NCBI GenBank assembly: GCA_964527375.1 | Contig: CAZGPL010000001.1 | Span: 1-34,189 of the forward strand | DNA: 34,189 bases | Reading direction: 5' to 3' | Source of the DNA: an uncultured Candidatus Saccharibacteria bacterium | GTDB lineage: Bacteria > Patescibacteriota > WWE3 > UBA101185 > UBA10185 | Shown here: piece by piece, positions 15,219 through 23,733 of the stretch | Position numbering within the stretch: the stretch's first letter is position 1 | Layout of the letters: the number at the start of each line of letters is the position of its first letter | Made by a program: the position numbers and the translations under genes | The notes under the pieces: generated by a model | What the model was told of the DNA's origin: nothing | Database searches by the model: none | The model's input: only the letters and a program-made list of their open reading frames with translations

Positions 15219-16822
15219 TCTTTATATTCCGAATCAAACCTAATTACTTTAGCAAAAAATTCCGAACCATTCACATTATAGCTAAATTCCTTCATAAGTT
15301 GCAGGTATTTTCTTTTTTCCAGATTTATAGAAATATTTGTGTTATGTTCATTAGAAATAATTAGATAATCGATATCTTTACTTTTTAGCTTTTTAAATTC
15401 AAGAAATTCCTTTTTGTCAAAGAACATATAGGTACCTGTATTGGAAACTTTACTTTCGGAAACGTTTAAGTACCAATCAGGGATAGCACTTGTATCATTG
15501 TAGGCAATTTTCCCTTCCAGATTTTTAGAAGAATACTCGGAAGCTTCTTTTATTGATCTAAAGATACTTCTGTGCATATTTATAGTGTAGGAACACCAAA
15601 TAATTGTCGACAGGACTGTAAAAAATAAAAATAATCGGGTTTTTTTAAAAAATAAAAAGATTATTGAAATAATCTGAGCTAAAACAATTATGGCTAGCAT
15701 CTTATAACCAAGAATGAGGAATTGCAGTTTAAGAACATACTGACTGAAAATATAAAAAAGGAGAAGAATAAAATTTATGGCCAGGAAAATAAGACTTCTA
15801 TTTGCATTTTTTTCGGTTTTTAATAGAAACTTCTCCAAACAAATAGTTAGAATAACAATGAAAAAAGGTATCAATGGAACGAAAAGTCGCGGTATGGCAG
15901 CAGGCCAGAGTAGTATTAAAATGAGCTCTAGGACGATAAAAGCCGTTATACCAACATTTTCAGCTAGAAAACCATGAGCAATTTTCAAATTCTTAAAAAT
16001 AAAGTAGAAAGCCGAAGTAAATCCTAAAATATAGAGAATAGAGACGAAATAAGACCAAACCATTTTAAAATCGTAAACTCTTCGCTCAGGTTCTTCAAAA
16101 TATTTTGACTCCAAAGGATTTCGATATACCAACCAAGGACTTATCACAAGTAACGTCGTTAATCCTAAGATTGCTGCCTTAGGCATTTTCCTCCAAATTT
16201 TTTTTATTAAATCCTTAATTTTTATTTTCCCACTAAATATATTCTCCTTATGGAAAATTACCGCAACCAATCCTGAAAATAATAGTAAATAACCTTCAAA
16301 TCTGGTTAATATAGCTAAACCGCAAATCAAACCCAGAAGAGCTATTTTAGATAAATTAAGCTTATCCCATTTTGAAATTAAATAGAAAAATAGAAGAACA
16401 AAAAACGAAAAAGGAACGTCCGCCATTATTCTTATTGACCAATAAAGGTAAACAGGGTTAAAAATAAAAAATACCAATGATAAAAACTTGTACCTTTGAT
16501 CCTTAATATAAATTTTGGAGAATTTTTCAAAGACGTAAAAAGAAAGAAATGAAAAAACCAACATCACTATTCTACCCCATAAGACAGCATCAACACCATC
16601 GGGTCTGGTTGCTGTGAAAATGGAGAATAATGGCGATCTCTTTTCATCTTTAGGATAAGTCCCCTGTCTGATATATTCCGAAGCCCTGAGTATTCTATAA
16701 GAATCTCCCCACTCAGCCACATTAATGTTAAAAAGAGCAACGTGCAATATCAAAAATATTGCATAAGCATAAAAATGAACAGGAATTTTCCTAAAGAAGG
16801 TAATTTTGTTTCGCAAAATCAT
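15215..16822 (-). CDS. GT-C-fold membrane glycosyltransferase (PMT_2/ArnT-like)
   Basis: About 535 aa. TM1, then NVAEWGDSYRILRASEYIRQGTYP (acidic loop), NPVYLYWSIRIMADVPF, GLAILTRFEGYLLL. Polytopic with a C-terminal soluble ~120 aa. The longest ORF starts at TTG 16834. ATG 16822 is preferred. Either start overlaps the 3' end of the upstream GT4 gene. Confidence 0.65.
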   Translation of the reverse strand: MILRNKITFFRKIPVHFYAYAIFLILHVALFNINVAEWGDSYRILRASEYIRQGTYPKDEKRSPLFSIFTATRPDGVDAVLWGRIVMLVFSFLSFYVFEKFSKIYIKDQRYKFLSLVFFIFNPVYLYWSIRIMADVPFSFFVLLFFYLISKWDKLNLSKIALLGLICGLAILTRFEGYLLLFSGLVAVIFHKENIFSGKIKIKDLIKKIWRKMPKAAILGLTTLLVISPWLVYRNPLESKYFEEPERRVYDFKMVWSYFVSILYILGFTSAFYFIFKNLKIAHGFLAENVGITAFIVLELILILLWPAAIPRLFVPLIPFFIVILTICLEKFLLKTEKNANRSLIFLAINFILLLFYIFSQYVLKLQFLILGYKMLAIIVLAQIISIIFLFFKKTRLFLFFTVLSTIIWCSYTINMHRSIFRSIKEASEYSSKNLEGKIAYNDTSAIPDWYLNVSESKVSNTGTYMFFDKKEFLEFKKLKSKDIDYLIISNEHNTNISINLEKRKYLQLMKEFSYNVNGSEFFAKVIRFDSEYKE

Positions 16823-17990
16823 AAACTTTTTCAATTTCTTTAATTCTGGAATCCCATGAATACATCAATGCCACTTTATCAGAATCCACCGGAACTGGGC
16901 CTTTTTCTACCAATGTATATATAAATCTTGCAATATTATCAGGTTCTAAATTGTCTAAATAAAACAAACCTTCAACATCTTCAGAAAGCTTAAAACCTGA
17001 AACCAGGCATGGGGTACCTGCACAGAGCCCCTGCATAACAACCTTAGGCAAACCCTCCCAAGAAGAGGGGAGAACAAAAATATCAGATATTTGATATGCA
17101 ATGGGGGTTTCAGGATATGGAGTATAACCTACATTAACTACTCTACTCTCTAAGCCGCTCATTCTTATTGTTTCATTAATTTTGCCCATATAAGTGGGGT
17201 CACCTGATCCCACTAAAAAGAGTTTGTATTCCTTAGGAAGATACTTCAGAGCCTCTACCAAAAGATGGACGTTTTTTCTTTCTGACATAACACCGTGATT
17301 TAGTATTATCCTATCATCTATGTCAAAACCAATGTCTCTTCTGGATTTCTCCCACTCCTCACTTGATATTTTCTTAAACAAGTCGGGATTAACACCGGAT
17401 TCAACAAAAAAACATCTCCTATCGTCAGCACCGTAATATTCAACTGCTTTTTTCAAATTTCCCTCACTTACAAAGATACACGCGGCGGCTGATTTAACTG
17501 CGTACCTATCAGAAAAAATCGAAAGGGGCCAAATTAAATATCTTGCTAATGGAGATATTGGTTTATCTTGTTTTTCCATCTGAACCCATCTATCTTTTGC
17601 TACATTATGAAAATGTACCACTAAAGGTACTTTTAATTCTTTAGCCCAGGGGAAATATTTCTGTAGAATTGCCCTATAAAAATAAATCCATATTCCAAAG
17701 TGCCCGTGAGAATGAACAACATCAGGCTTGTTTTTTCTTCTCCATAAAAGATATTTGAAAAAAAGAACTACCGAACTCGTGAAAAATATCGTTCCGGCAA
17801 GAGGTTCTCTCATTATTGGATTTACCTTAATATTTCCAGGACGTTCTATTTTACCCGCATTGGGCCACCTCCCGCAAAATATCTCTACCTCATGTCCTGC
17901 TTGAACTTGGCTAACAGTAAGCTCATATGGATGTGGTGCCAACCCCTGCCAGGGAGGTGGCCAATCATATATTATCCTCAGTATTTTCAC
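16791..17990 (-). CDS. GT4 (GT-B fold) glycosyltransferase
   Basis: 399 aa. The N-terminal half is Glyco_trans_4-like (HSHGHFG). The C-terminal half has VGSGDP...LPSSWEGLPKVVMQGLCAGTPCLVS. GTG start at 17990 is supported by GGAGG 7 nt upstream and a GTGA overlap with the upstream stop. Confidence 0.8.
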   Translation of the reverse strand: MKILRIIYDWPPPWQGLAPHPYELTVSQVQAGHEVEIFCGRWPNAGKIERPGNIKVNPIMREPLAGTIFFTSSVVLFFKYLLWRRKNKPDVVHSHGHFGIWIYFYRAILQKYFPWAKELKVPLVVHFHNVAKDRWVQMEKQDKPISPLARYLIWPLSIFSDRYAVKSAAACIFVSEGNLKKAVEYYGADDRRCFFVESGVNPDLFKKISSEEWEKSRRDIGFDIDDRIILNHGVMSERKNVHLLVEALKYLPKEYKLFLVGSGDPTYMGKINETIRMSGLESRVVNVGYTPYPETPIAYQISDIFVLPSSWEGLPKVVMQGLCAGTPCLVSGFKLSEDVEGLFYLDNLEPDNIARFIYTLVEKGPVPVDSDKVALMYSWDSRIKEIEKVYDFAKQNYLL

Positions 17991-19171
17991 TTAAGTACCT
18001 CCATAAAAACTTTTTCGTATCTATCTATCATTTTACCAATTGTAAATTCTTTTTCAGCCTTTTCTTTGGAATTATCCCCTAGTTTAAACCTTAGTTCTCT
18101 ATCGTCTATCAATTGTATCATCTTCTCACTAAAGTTCTCTTTCTCCCCGGCGTTGACTAAAAACCCGGTGATACCGTCATCTACAGCATCGGAGACACCA
18201 CCGTAGTCAAAAGCTATAGTGGGAATACCTGCAAACATTGACTCCACCAAAACCATAGGAAATCCCTCCACTCTTTGGGTTGGAAAAACAAAAATATCAG
18301 GTTGGATTTTTTTTATAAATTCATAATGAGGCATACGACCGTGAAAAATCACCTTCTCTTGAATATTTAGCTTTCCCACCTTATTTTTAGCTTCTTCTAA
18401 ACAAGGACCTTCCCCTACTACATGAAAAATAATATCTCTATTGATATTTTTCACCATGTCCAAAATTGTTAAGATACCTTTTGATTTCTCCACCCTACCT
18501 ATAAAATAGATATTTACTATGCCCCCAACGTTTCTTTTTTCTTTTTCACTTTTAAATAAATTAGGATCAATTCCATTATGAATCACCTCAACTTTATCAG
18601 GGCTTACGAAAGTTTCGGAAATGAGAGATTTTTTCACGAATTCTGAAACAGCCACCACTTTATCTGAGTGTAAGACAAATCTCCTCTGTCTTCCAAAATA
18701 TTGTCTAAAAAAATATTGCGTATTTCTTATGAGCCAGTAAATATCTTTGAAATTGGATATATTTTTTAAAAAGGTTATGTACTCTCCGGAAGTTGTTCCA
18801 TGAGAAATAGAAACAGCTTTAATTCCTAATTTAAATTTATTCTCGATAATACTTTCCGCGGAGGCGCTTTGTCCTAAAACCAAATCAAAATTTTCTTTTT
18901 CGTGGATATTTGAGAAAACTTCCAAAGACTTTCTTGTCCAACTATCTTTATCAAAACTGGCAAAAATATATTTTTTATACTCTGCATCAACAAAAACGTA
19001 TTTAACACCATTTTGCTCGAAAGTTTCCATTTCTAACTCCCTTTTCGGAGAAAAAATTGTTATCTGGTGACCTCTTTTTGCAAGACCTTCACATAAAGCT
19101 AAATTCTGTGTCTCCAAACCTCCGTGGTGTTTGTGTAAAGTGGTCGATTTTGTAAATACAGCAATTTTCAT
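17987..19171 (-). CDS. GT4 (GT-B fold) glycosyltransferase
   Basis: 394 aa. MKIAVFT...HHGGLETQNLALCEGLAKRGHQITIF at the N-terminus. Canonical EX7E motif (RVEGFPMVLVESMFAGIPTIA) and GITGFLV. Confidence 0.85.
   Translation of the reverse strand: MKIAVFTKSTTLHKHHGGLETQNLALCEGLAKRGHQITIFSPKRELEMETFEQNGVKYVFVDAEYKKYIFASFDKDSWTRKSLEVFSNIHEKENFDLVLGQSASAESIIENKFKLGIKAVSISHGTTSGEYITFLKNISNFKDIYWLIRNTQYFFRQYFGRQRRFVLHSDKVVAVSEFVKKSLISETFVSPDKVEVIHNGIDPNLFKSEKEKRNVGGIVNIYFIGRVEKSKGILTILDMVKNINRDIIFHVVGEGPCLEEAKNKVGKLNIQEKVIFHGRMPHYEFIKKIQPDIFVFPTQRVEGFPMVLVESMFAGIPTIAFDYGGVSDAVDDGITGFLVNAGEKENFSEKMIQLIDDRELRFKLGDNSKEKAEKEFTIGKMIDRYEKVFMEVLK
17998..18002 (-). promoter_or_regulatory. Shine-Dalgarno GGAGG for the GTG start at 17990
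   Basis: The minus strand reads GGAGGtacttaaGTG, embedded in the last codons (MEVLK) of the upstream GT4. Confidence 0.6.
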
Positions 19172-19186
19172 TGTTTAAATAATAAT

Positions 19187-20437
19187 TTAATAATTCCTCA
19201 AAAGCATATTTTCCAGTTGAACAATATTTTTATCAAGAGAAAATTTTTCTGAAACCTTATTATAAAGATTATTTCCTAGTTTTTGCGAGAGATCCTTATC
19301 ATTTAAAATCAGTTCCAATTTATCTGCCATGATGTTGGAATCTTTTTGGGGTACAACCAATCCGGTTTGATTATGAATTATAAGCTCTCCGGTACTACCG
19401 GCGTCAGTTGCTACAACAGGAATTTTAAATATTCCTGCTTCAAACAATACGTTAGCAACTCCGTCAACGTCACCTTCTTTCGTCTCTATACTTGGGAACG
19501 AAAGCACACTTGCCGATTTAAGATGTAGTAACGTATCTTCGTTGGAAAGACCTTTGTTTTCACCTAATATTACTACATCATCTTGTAAATCAAGTTCATT
19601 TATTAAATTTAAAAGCTCGGGATAAAGCGGTCCGGAACCAATTATTTTAATCTCAAAATTAACTTCCCGTTCCTTAAGATTCCTAGCTGATTTGATTAAA
19701 TACTCAAGTCCCTTTTTCTCGACTAATCTTCCTATAGCTAAAATCAAAGGTTTTTCAGGCCTATAATCTCTATCTTCAACACCTTTTTTAATCTTTTCAA
19801 TATCAACACCATGATAAGCAAGATAAATGTTACTTTTATCAAGATCTCCTGCTTGCTTAAGAACGTAGTTATAGGCATTTTCATTACAGATACTGATGAA
19901 TTTTGCTGTTTGTACTTTTTCTTTTGGATATTGTGCCTCAACTAAAATATCTTTTGCATGTGCTGAAATTCCATAAGGAACATTCAATATTTTTGAAATG
20001 TACATAACCATAGTTGAGGGTTCTGAAAAAAAATGCGCTAATATAAAATCGGGTTTGAACTTGGAAAATTTCTCTGCGTATGCACAAGATTTTAAAAATA
20101 CGTAGAGAACTTTCATAAATCCGGGGTTCTTAACTTTCCCATGATTTTTTTTGTTCTCTTTTATTGATTTTAAAATCTCTGAAAAAGCTTTTTTAATATA
20201 TGATAATTTGGAAACAAAAAAAAGAAAAAATTTGAAAGTATCTTTTAGAGAAATTCTCTCATATGTAACCTTATCTAATAAAACTTCAGAAAGATACCCC
20301 CTTCCTTTTTTTAATGAAAAAACATGCAAATCAACATTCCCGCGCTCGACCAATTTTGCTATCTCGCGCTCAATAAAAGTTTCGGTTAAAACCGGAAACT
20401 CGGGAATAAATACAAGTATTCTTTTTTTAGTTTCCAT
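19187..20437 (-). CDS. GT4 (GT-B fold) glycosyltransferase
   Basis: 416 aa. ILVFIPEFPVLTETFIEREI at the N-terminus. GRLVEKKGLEYLI, IIGSGPL, EGDVDGVANVLFEAGIFKIPVVATDAGS, QTGLVVP. Confidence 0.8.
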   Translation of the reverse strand: METKKRILVFIPEFPVLTETFIEREIAKLVERGNVDLHVFSLKKGRGYLSEVLLDKVTYERISLKDTFKFFLFFVSKLSYIKKAFSEILKSIKENKKNHGKVKNPGFMKVLYVFLKSCAYAEKFSKFKPDFILAHFFSEPSTMVMYISKILNVPYGISAHAKDILVEAQYPKEKVQTAKFISICNENAYNYVLKQAGDLDKSNIYLAYHGVDIEKIKKGVEDRDYRPEKPLILAIGRLVEKKGLEYLIKSARNLKEREVNFEIKIIGSGPLYPELLNLINELDLQDDVVILGENKGLSNEDTLLHLKSASVLSFPSIETKEGDVDGVANVLFEAGIFKIPVVATDAGSTGELIIHNQTGLVVPQKDSNIMADKLELILNDKDLSQKLGNNLYNKVSEKFSLDKNIVQLENMLLRNY

Positions 20438-21797
20438 TCTTTAATATTACACCGGGAGTACCCGCAGGTCTCTTATCTAAAAGCTCCACACCACCGGTCC
20501 TTTTACCTACCGCAAAATATGTAAATCCCGAAGATTCAACTTTTTTTCTATCCAAAAGATTTCTCCCATCAAATATAACCGGATTCTTTAACGTGGATTT
20601 AACTTTTTCCAGGTCAATGTTTGCAAACTCCTTCCATTCGGTTAGTATTGCCAAAGCATCGGCATCTTCAATAACCTCGTATTTGTCCAAACAATACTTT
20701 ATACTTGTTTCTCCCAATACCTTTTTGGCGTTGTACATCGCTTGGGGATCATACACTTTTATAAATGCTCCTAAACCTCTAAGTATTTTCACAATTTCTA
20801 TTGCTACCGAATCTCTTATATCATCCGTGTTCTCTTTAAATGCCAAACCCAGAATCCCAAAGGTTTTTTCTGACAAATTGTTCCCAAAAAACCTTACTAT
20901 TTTAGATACAAAATAGCTTTTTTGAATCTCATTAACCTCCATTACCCCTCTTAAAAGTTTGAAGTCGTATGCCTGATCGGAAGATGTTTTATAAAGAGCT
21001 GATACGTCTTTTGGAAAACAACTACCGCCATAACCAATTCCTGCGTTTAGAAATTTGGGCCCTATTCTACTATCCAACCCCATTCCTTTTGCTACTACCG
21101 AAACATCGGCACCTGACCTCTCACATATTTGAGCCATCTCATTAATAAAGGATATTTTTGAAGCAAGAAAAGCATTAGAGGCGTATTTAACCATTTCCGC
21201 TGACTTCAAATCACACTCTACGATAGGTTTACCTAGATGTTCGTAAAGACTTCTCATAACGGTAAGGGCTCTTTCAGAATCTGATCCAATAACTGTCCTG
21301 TCGGGATTTCTCATATCCTCAACTGAGTAGCCTTCCCTTAAAAATTCTGGGTTAGAAACAATGTCAAAATCCACATGATAGGTAAGATTTTCTTTTATAA
21401 CTTTTTTAACTTTTTCGTTTGTTCCAACAGGAACCGTGCTTTTAGTTACAATAACTTTGTAACCATCCAAATTCTTACCTATGTCTTCGGCAACTTTCCA
21501 AACTGCAGATAAATCTGCATCCCCTGTCTCACTTTGAGGTGTTCCTACACAAATAAAAACTAATTCTGAATTTCTAACACCCTCAGAAAGAGAGGTGGTA
21601 AAAGAAAGCCTTTTTTCGGCAATGTTTCTCAGAACTATCTCAGACAGACCGGGTTCATAAATAGGCATCTCTCCTTTTTTTATTCTTTCAATTTTTTCCG
21701 CGTCGATGTCAACACCAATTACTTCATTCCCCCAATCAGAAAAAATAGCCGCTCCAACTAAACCAACGTATCCTGTTCCTATAACGCATATTTTCAT
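20427..21797 (-). CDS. ugd: UDP-glucose 6-dehydrogenase
   Basis: MKICVIGTGYVGLV NAD fold. Catalytic-Cys motif GYGGSCFPKD. LGLAFKENTDDIRDS in the C-terminal UDP-binding domain. The longest ORF begins at TTG 21815. ATG 21797 gives the usual MKIxVIGxGYVG N-terminus. Confidence 0.9.
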   Translation of the reverse strand: MKICVIGTGYVGLVGAAIFSDWGNEVIGVDIDAEKIERIKKGEMPIYEPGLSEIVLRNIAEKRLSFTTSLSEGVRNSELVFICVGTPQSETGDADLSAVWKVAEDIGKNLDGYKVIVTKSTVPVGTNEKVKKVIKENLTYHVDFDIVSNPEFLREGYSVEDMRNPDRTVIGSDSERALTVMRSLYEHLGKPIVECDLKSAEMVKYASNAFLASKISFINEMAQICERSGADVSVVAKGMGLDSRIGPKFLNAGIGYGGSCFPKDVSALYKTSSDQAYDFKLLRGVMEVNEIQKSYFVSKIVRFFGNNLSEKTFGILGLAFKENTDDIRDSVAIEIVKILRGLGAFIKVYDPQAMYNAKKVLGETSIKYCLDKYEVIEDADALAILTEWKEFANIDLEKVKSTLKNPVIFDGRNLLDRKKVESSGFTYFAVGKRTGGVELLDKRPAGTPGVILKNGN

Positions 21798-21823
21798 AAG
21801 ATAATTTAACTCCAATTTATTAC

Positions 21824-22603
21824 TTAGTAGATACTATTTTGCGGAGTCTTTGGCAGTTTGTACTTTCCCCCGATATAATTCAACCTGACCTTTAGAACGT
21901 CAAAAGCCATTTTAATACTATCTCTTATCGGACTCAATCTTTTAGATTTAACATAAACCCAAACAACAGGTATTTGCTTAATACTATACCCCAACTTCTT
22001 AGCCAAATACAAAACTTCAACATCCCAAGCTCCTAAATAAGGTTTATTGGATTCTTTCGCACTATCACCATATATTAATAACCTACTAAAAATATCTTTA
22101 GCCGGTTGTTTTTTAAAGATTTTAAAACCACACTGACTGTCTTGAATTCCCGGTAAAGCAACTATTTGAACCAGAAAATTAAAAACTCTACCCATCAAAT
22201 GTCGGTGAAAAGGCTCTCCGACCCTTTTAGCCCCAATACCCTCTCTGCTACCAATAACGACATCAAAATCATGTTCTAAAGCCCACACACTAAATTTTTT
22301 GAGATCTTCTATTGGAGCTGAAAGATCAGCATCAGCCATGTATATCAAATCTCCTTCAGCTCTCATCATACCGGTCCAAACAGCGTATCCTTTACCTTTA
22401 TGAGGATTATCTATCAATAAAACCTCGGGATTATCTTTTGCATATTCAGATACTTTAGAAGAAGTCGAATCAGAACTACCATCATTTACTACAATAACCT
22501 CAAAAGAACCACAGAAATTTCTCATAAAATTAACAACCTGAGTTAGTGTAGATGTAATCTTGTCTTCTTCATTATAAGCTGGAATGACTATAGAATATTC
22601 CAT
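21824..22603 (-). CDS. GT2 glycosyltransferase, dolichyl/polyprenyl-phosphate beta-glucosyltransferase-like (Alg5-type)
   Basis: 259 aa. YSIVIPAYNEEDKI, VIVVNDGSSDST, YMADADLSAPIED, GSREG, GIQDSQCGFKIFKK. TAATG overlap with the upstream gene. Confidence 0.85.
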   Translation of the reverse strand: MEYSIVIPAYNEEDKITSTLTQVVNFMRNFCGSFEVIVVNDGSSDSTSSKVSEYAKDNPEVLLIDNPHKGKGYAVWTGMMRAEGDLIYMADADLSAPIEDLKKFSVWALEHDFDVVIGSREGIGAKRVGEPFHRHLMGRVFNFLVQIVALPGIQDSQCGFKIFKKQPAKDIFSRLLIYGDSAKESNKPYLGAWDVEVLYLAKKLGYSIKQIPVVWVYVKSKRLSPIRDSIKMAFDVLKVRLNYIGGKYKLPKTPQNSIY

Positions 22604-23730
22604 TAATTTTTTCCCTTCCAGATTATTTTACTATAAACTACAAAATTCCAGAAAAGTCCAAAAACTATACCTATAAAAAAAGCTGTGTTGGAGATAAAAA
22701 AAGTATCTCCAAATTTTGTGATTGAAAATTTTATTAAATGAGAACGCAGGAATATTGGAAAATATGAAGATACGATATATATTACAAAACTTAGAACTCT
22801 GTTTTTAGTCCCTTCGATTTTATTTTTCTTAAATGACCAAAAATTATTCAACAAAAAGGTGGTTATCATAGCTATAAAACCCGAAATTAGAGAGGAAGTT
22901 CTTGAGTTTTTTATTAACAATCTTAATAAATTAAAAAGCCCGGAATCAACGAAAAGTCCAATGAAACCGACGGCACAAAATTTTAGGAATTTTTGAGTAG
23001 CCTCTTCCTTAAGACGTAAACTCAAAACCACTCTTAAAGAATCTTTCAAATTATTTTTTTCCATCTTAGAACTACCCTCATCTCTTATCCCAAACTGTAT
23101 AGGTACTTCTTTTATCTTTGCTCCCGCTTTATGCATCTTATATAAAAGGTCCATTTTATATGCAAAACCTTTTGAAAGAATATTATCCAAATCTATGGAA
23201 TCAACAAAACCTTTAACTCTGGAAACTTTATATCCTGTTGTAAAATCATTTACACCATGAATACCTAAAATGATCTTGGAAACAGTATTTCCAAGCTTAC
23301 TAAACATTTTTCTCTTAAACTCCCACTCTTTGGGGATGCTTCCCCCCTTTACAAATCTGGAACCAATGACGTAATCATAGCCGTTGTCAATTTCTTTAAT
23401 TAAATTTTTTAGTTCCTTAGGATCATGTTGGAAATCGGCGTCCATCTCTACTAAAACATCAGCTCTAAGCTCTTTCATAGCGAATCTGAAACCATAAACA
23501 TAGGCAGCACCCAAACCTGCTTTCTTCTCTTCCATCAGCAAATAAACAAAATTGTATTTCTTCATCTTCTCTCTAACAATATCCGCAGTTCCGTCAGGGG
23601 AATTTCCCTCAACAACAAGCAATTTCATACTGTGTGATGGAATTTTTTTAAACTCAATATCTAGAGCATCAATTAAACGCCCTATATTATCTGCCTCATT
23701 ATATGTAGGAATAACAACTACAATTTTCAT
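22603..23730 (-). CDS. Bifunctional GT2 (polyprenol-phosphate mannose/sugar synthase, DPM1-like) fused to a GtrA-family membrane domain
   Basis: 375 aa. IVVVIPTYNEADNI, VVEGNSPDGTADI, EMDADFQHDP, GSRFVKGGS, DFTTGYK. From about residue 245, four TM helices (FLKFCAVGFIGLFVDSGLFNLL...FWSFKKNKI...) are typical of GtrA. Confidence 0.85.
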   Translation of the reverse strand: MKIVVVIPTYNEADNIGRLIDALDIEFKKIPSHSMKLLVVEGNSPDGTADIVREKMKKYNFVYLLMEEKKAGLGAAYVYGFRFAMKELRADVLVEMDADFQHDPKELKNLIKEIDNGYDYVIGSRFVKGGSIPKEWEFKRKMFSKLGNTVSKIILGIHGVNDFTTGYKVSRVKGFVDSIDLDNILSKGFAYKMDLLYKMHKAGAKIKEVPIQFGIRDEGSSKMEKNNLKDSLRVVLSLRLKEEATQKFLKFCAVGFIGLFVDSGLFNLLRLLIKNSRTSSLISGFIAMITTFLLNNFWSFKKNKIEGTKNRVLSFVIYIVSSYFPIFLRSHLIKFSITKFGDTFFISNTAFFIGIVFGLFWNFVVYSKIIWKGKN

Positions 23731-23733
23731 ATT

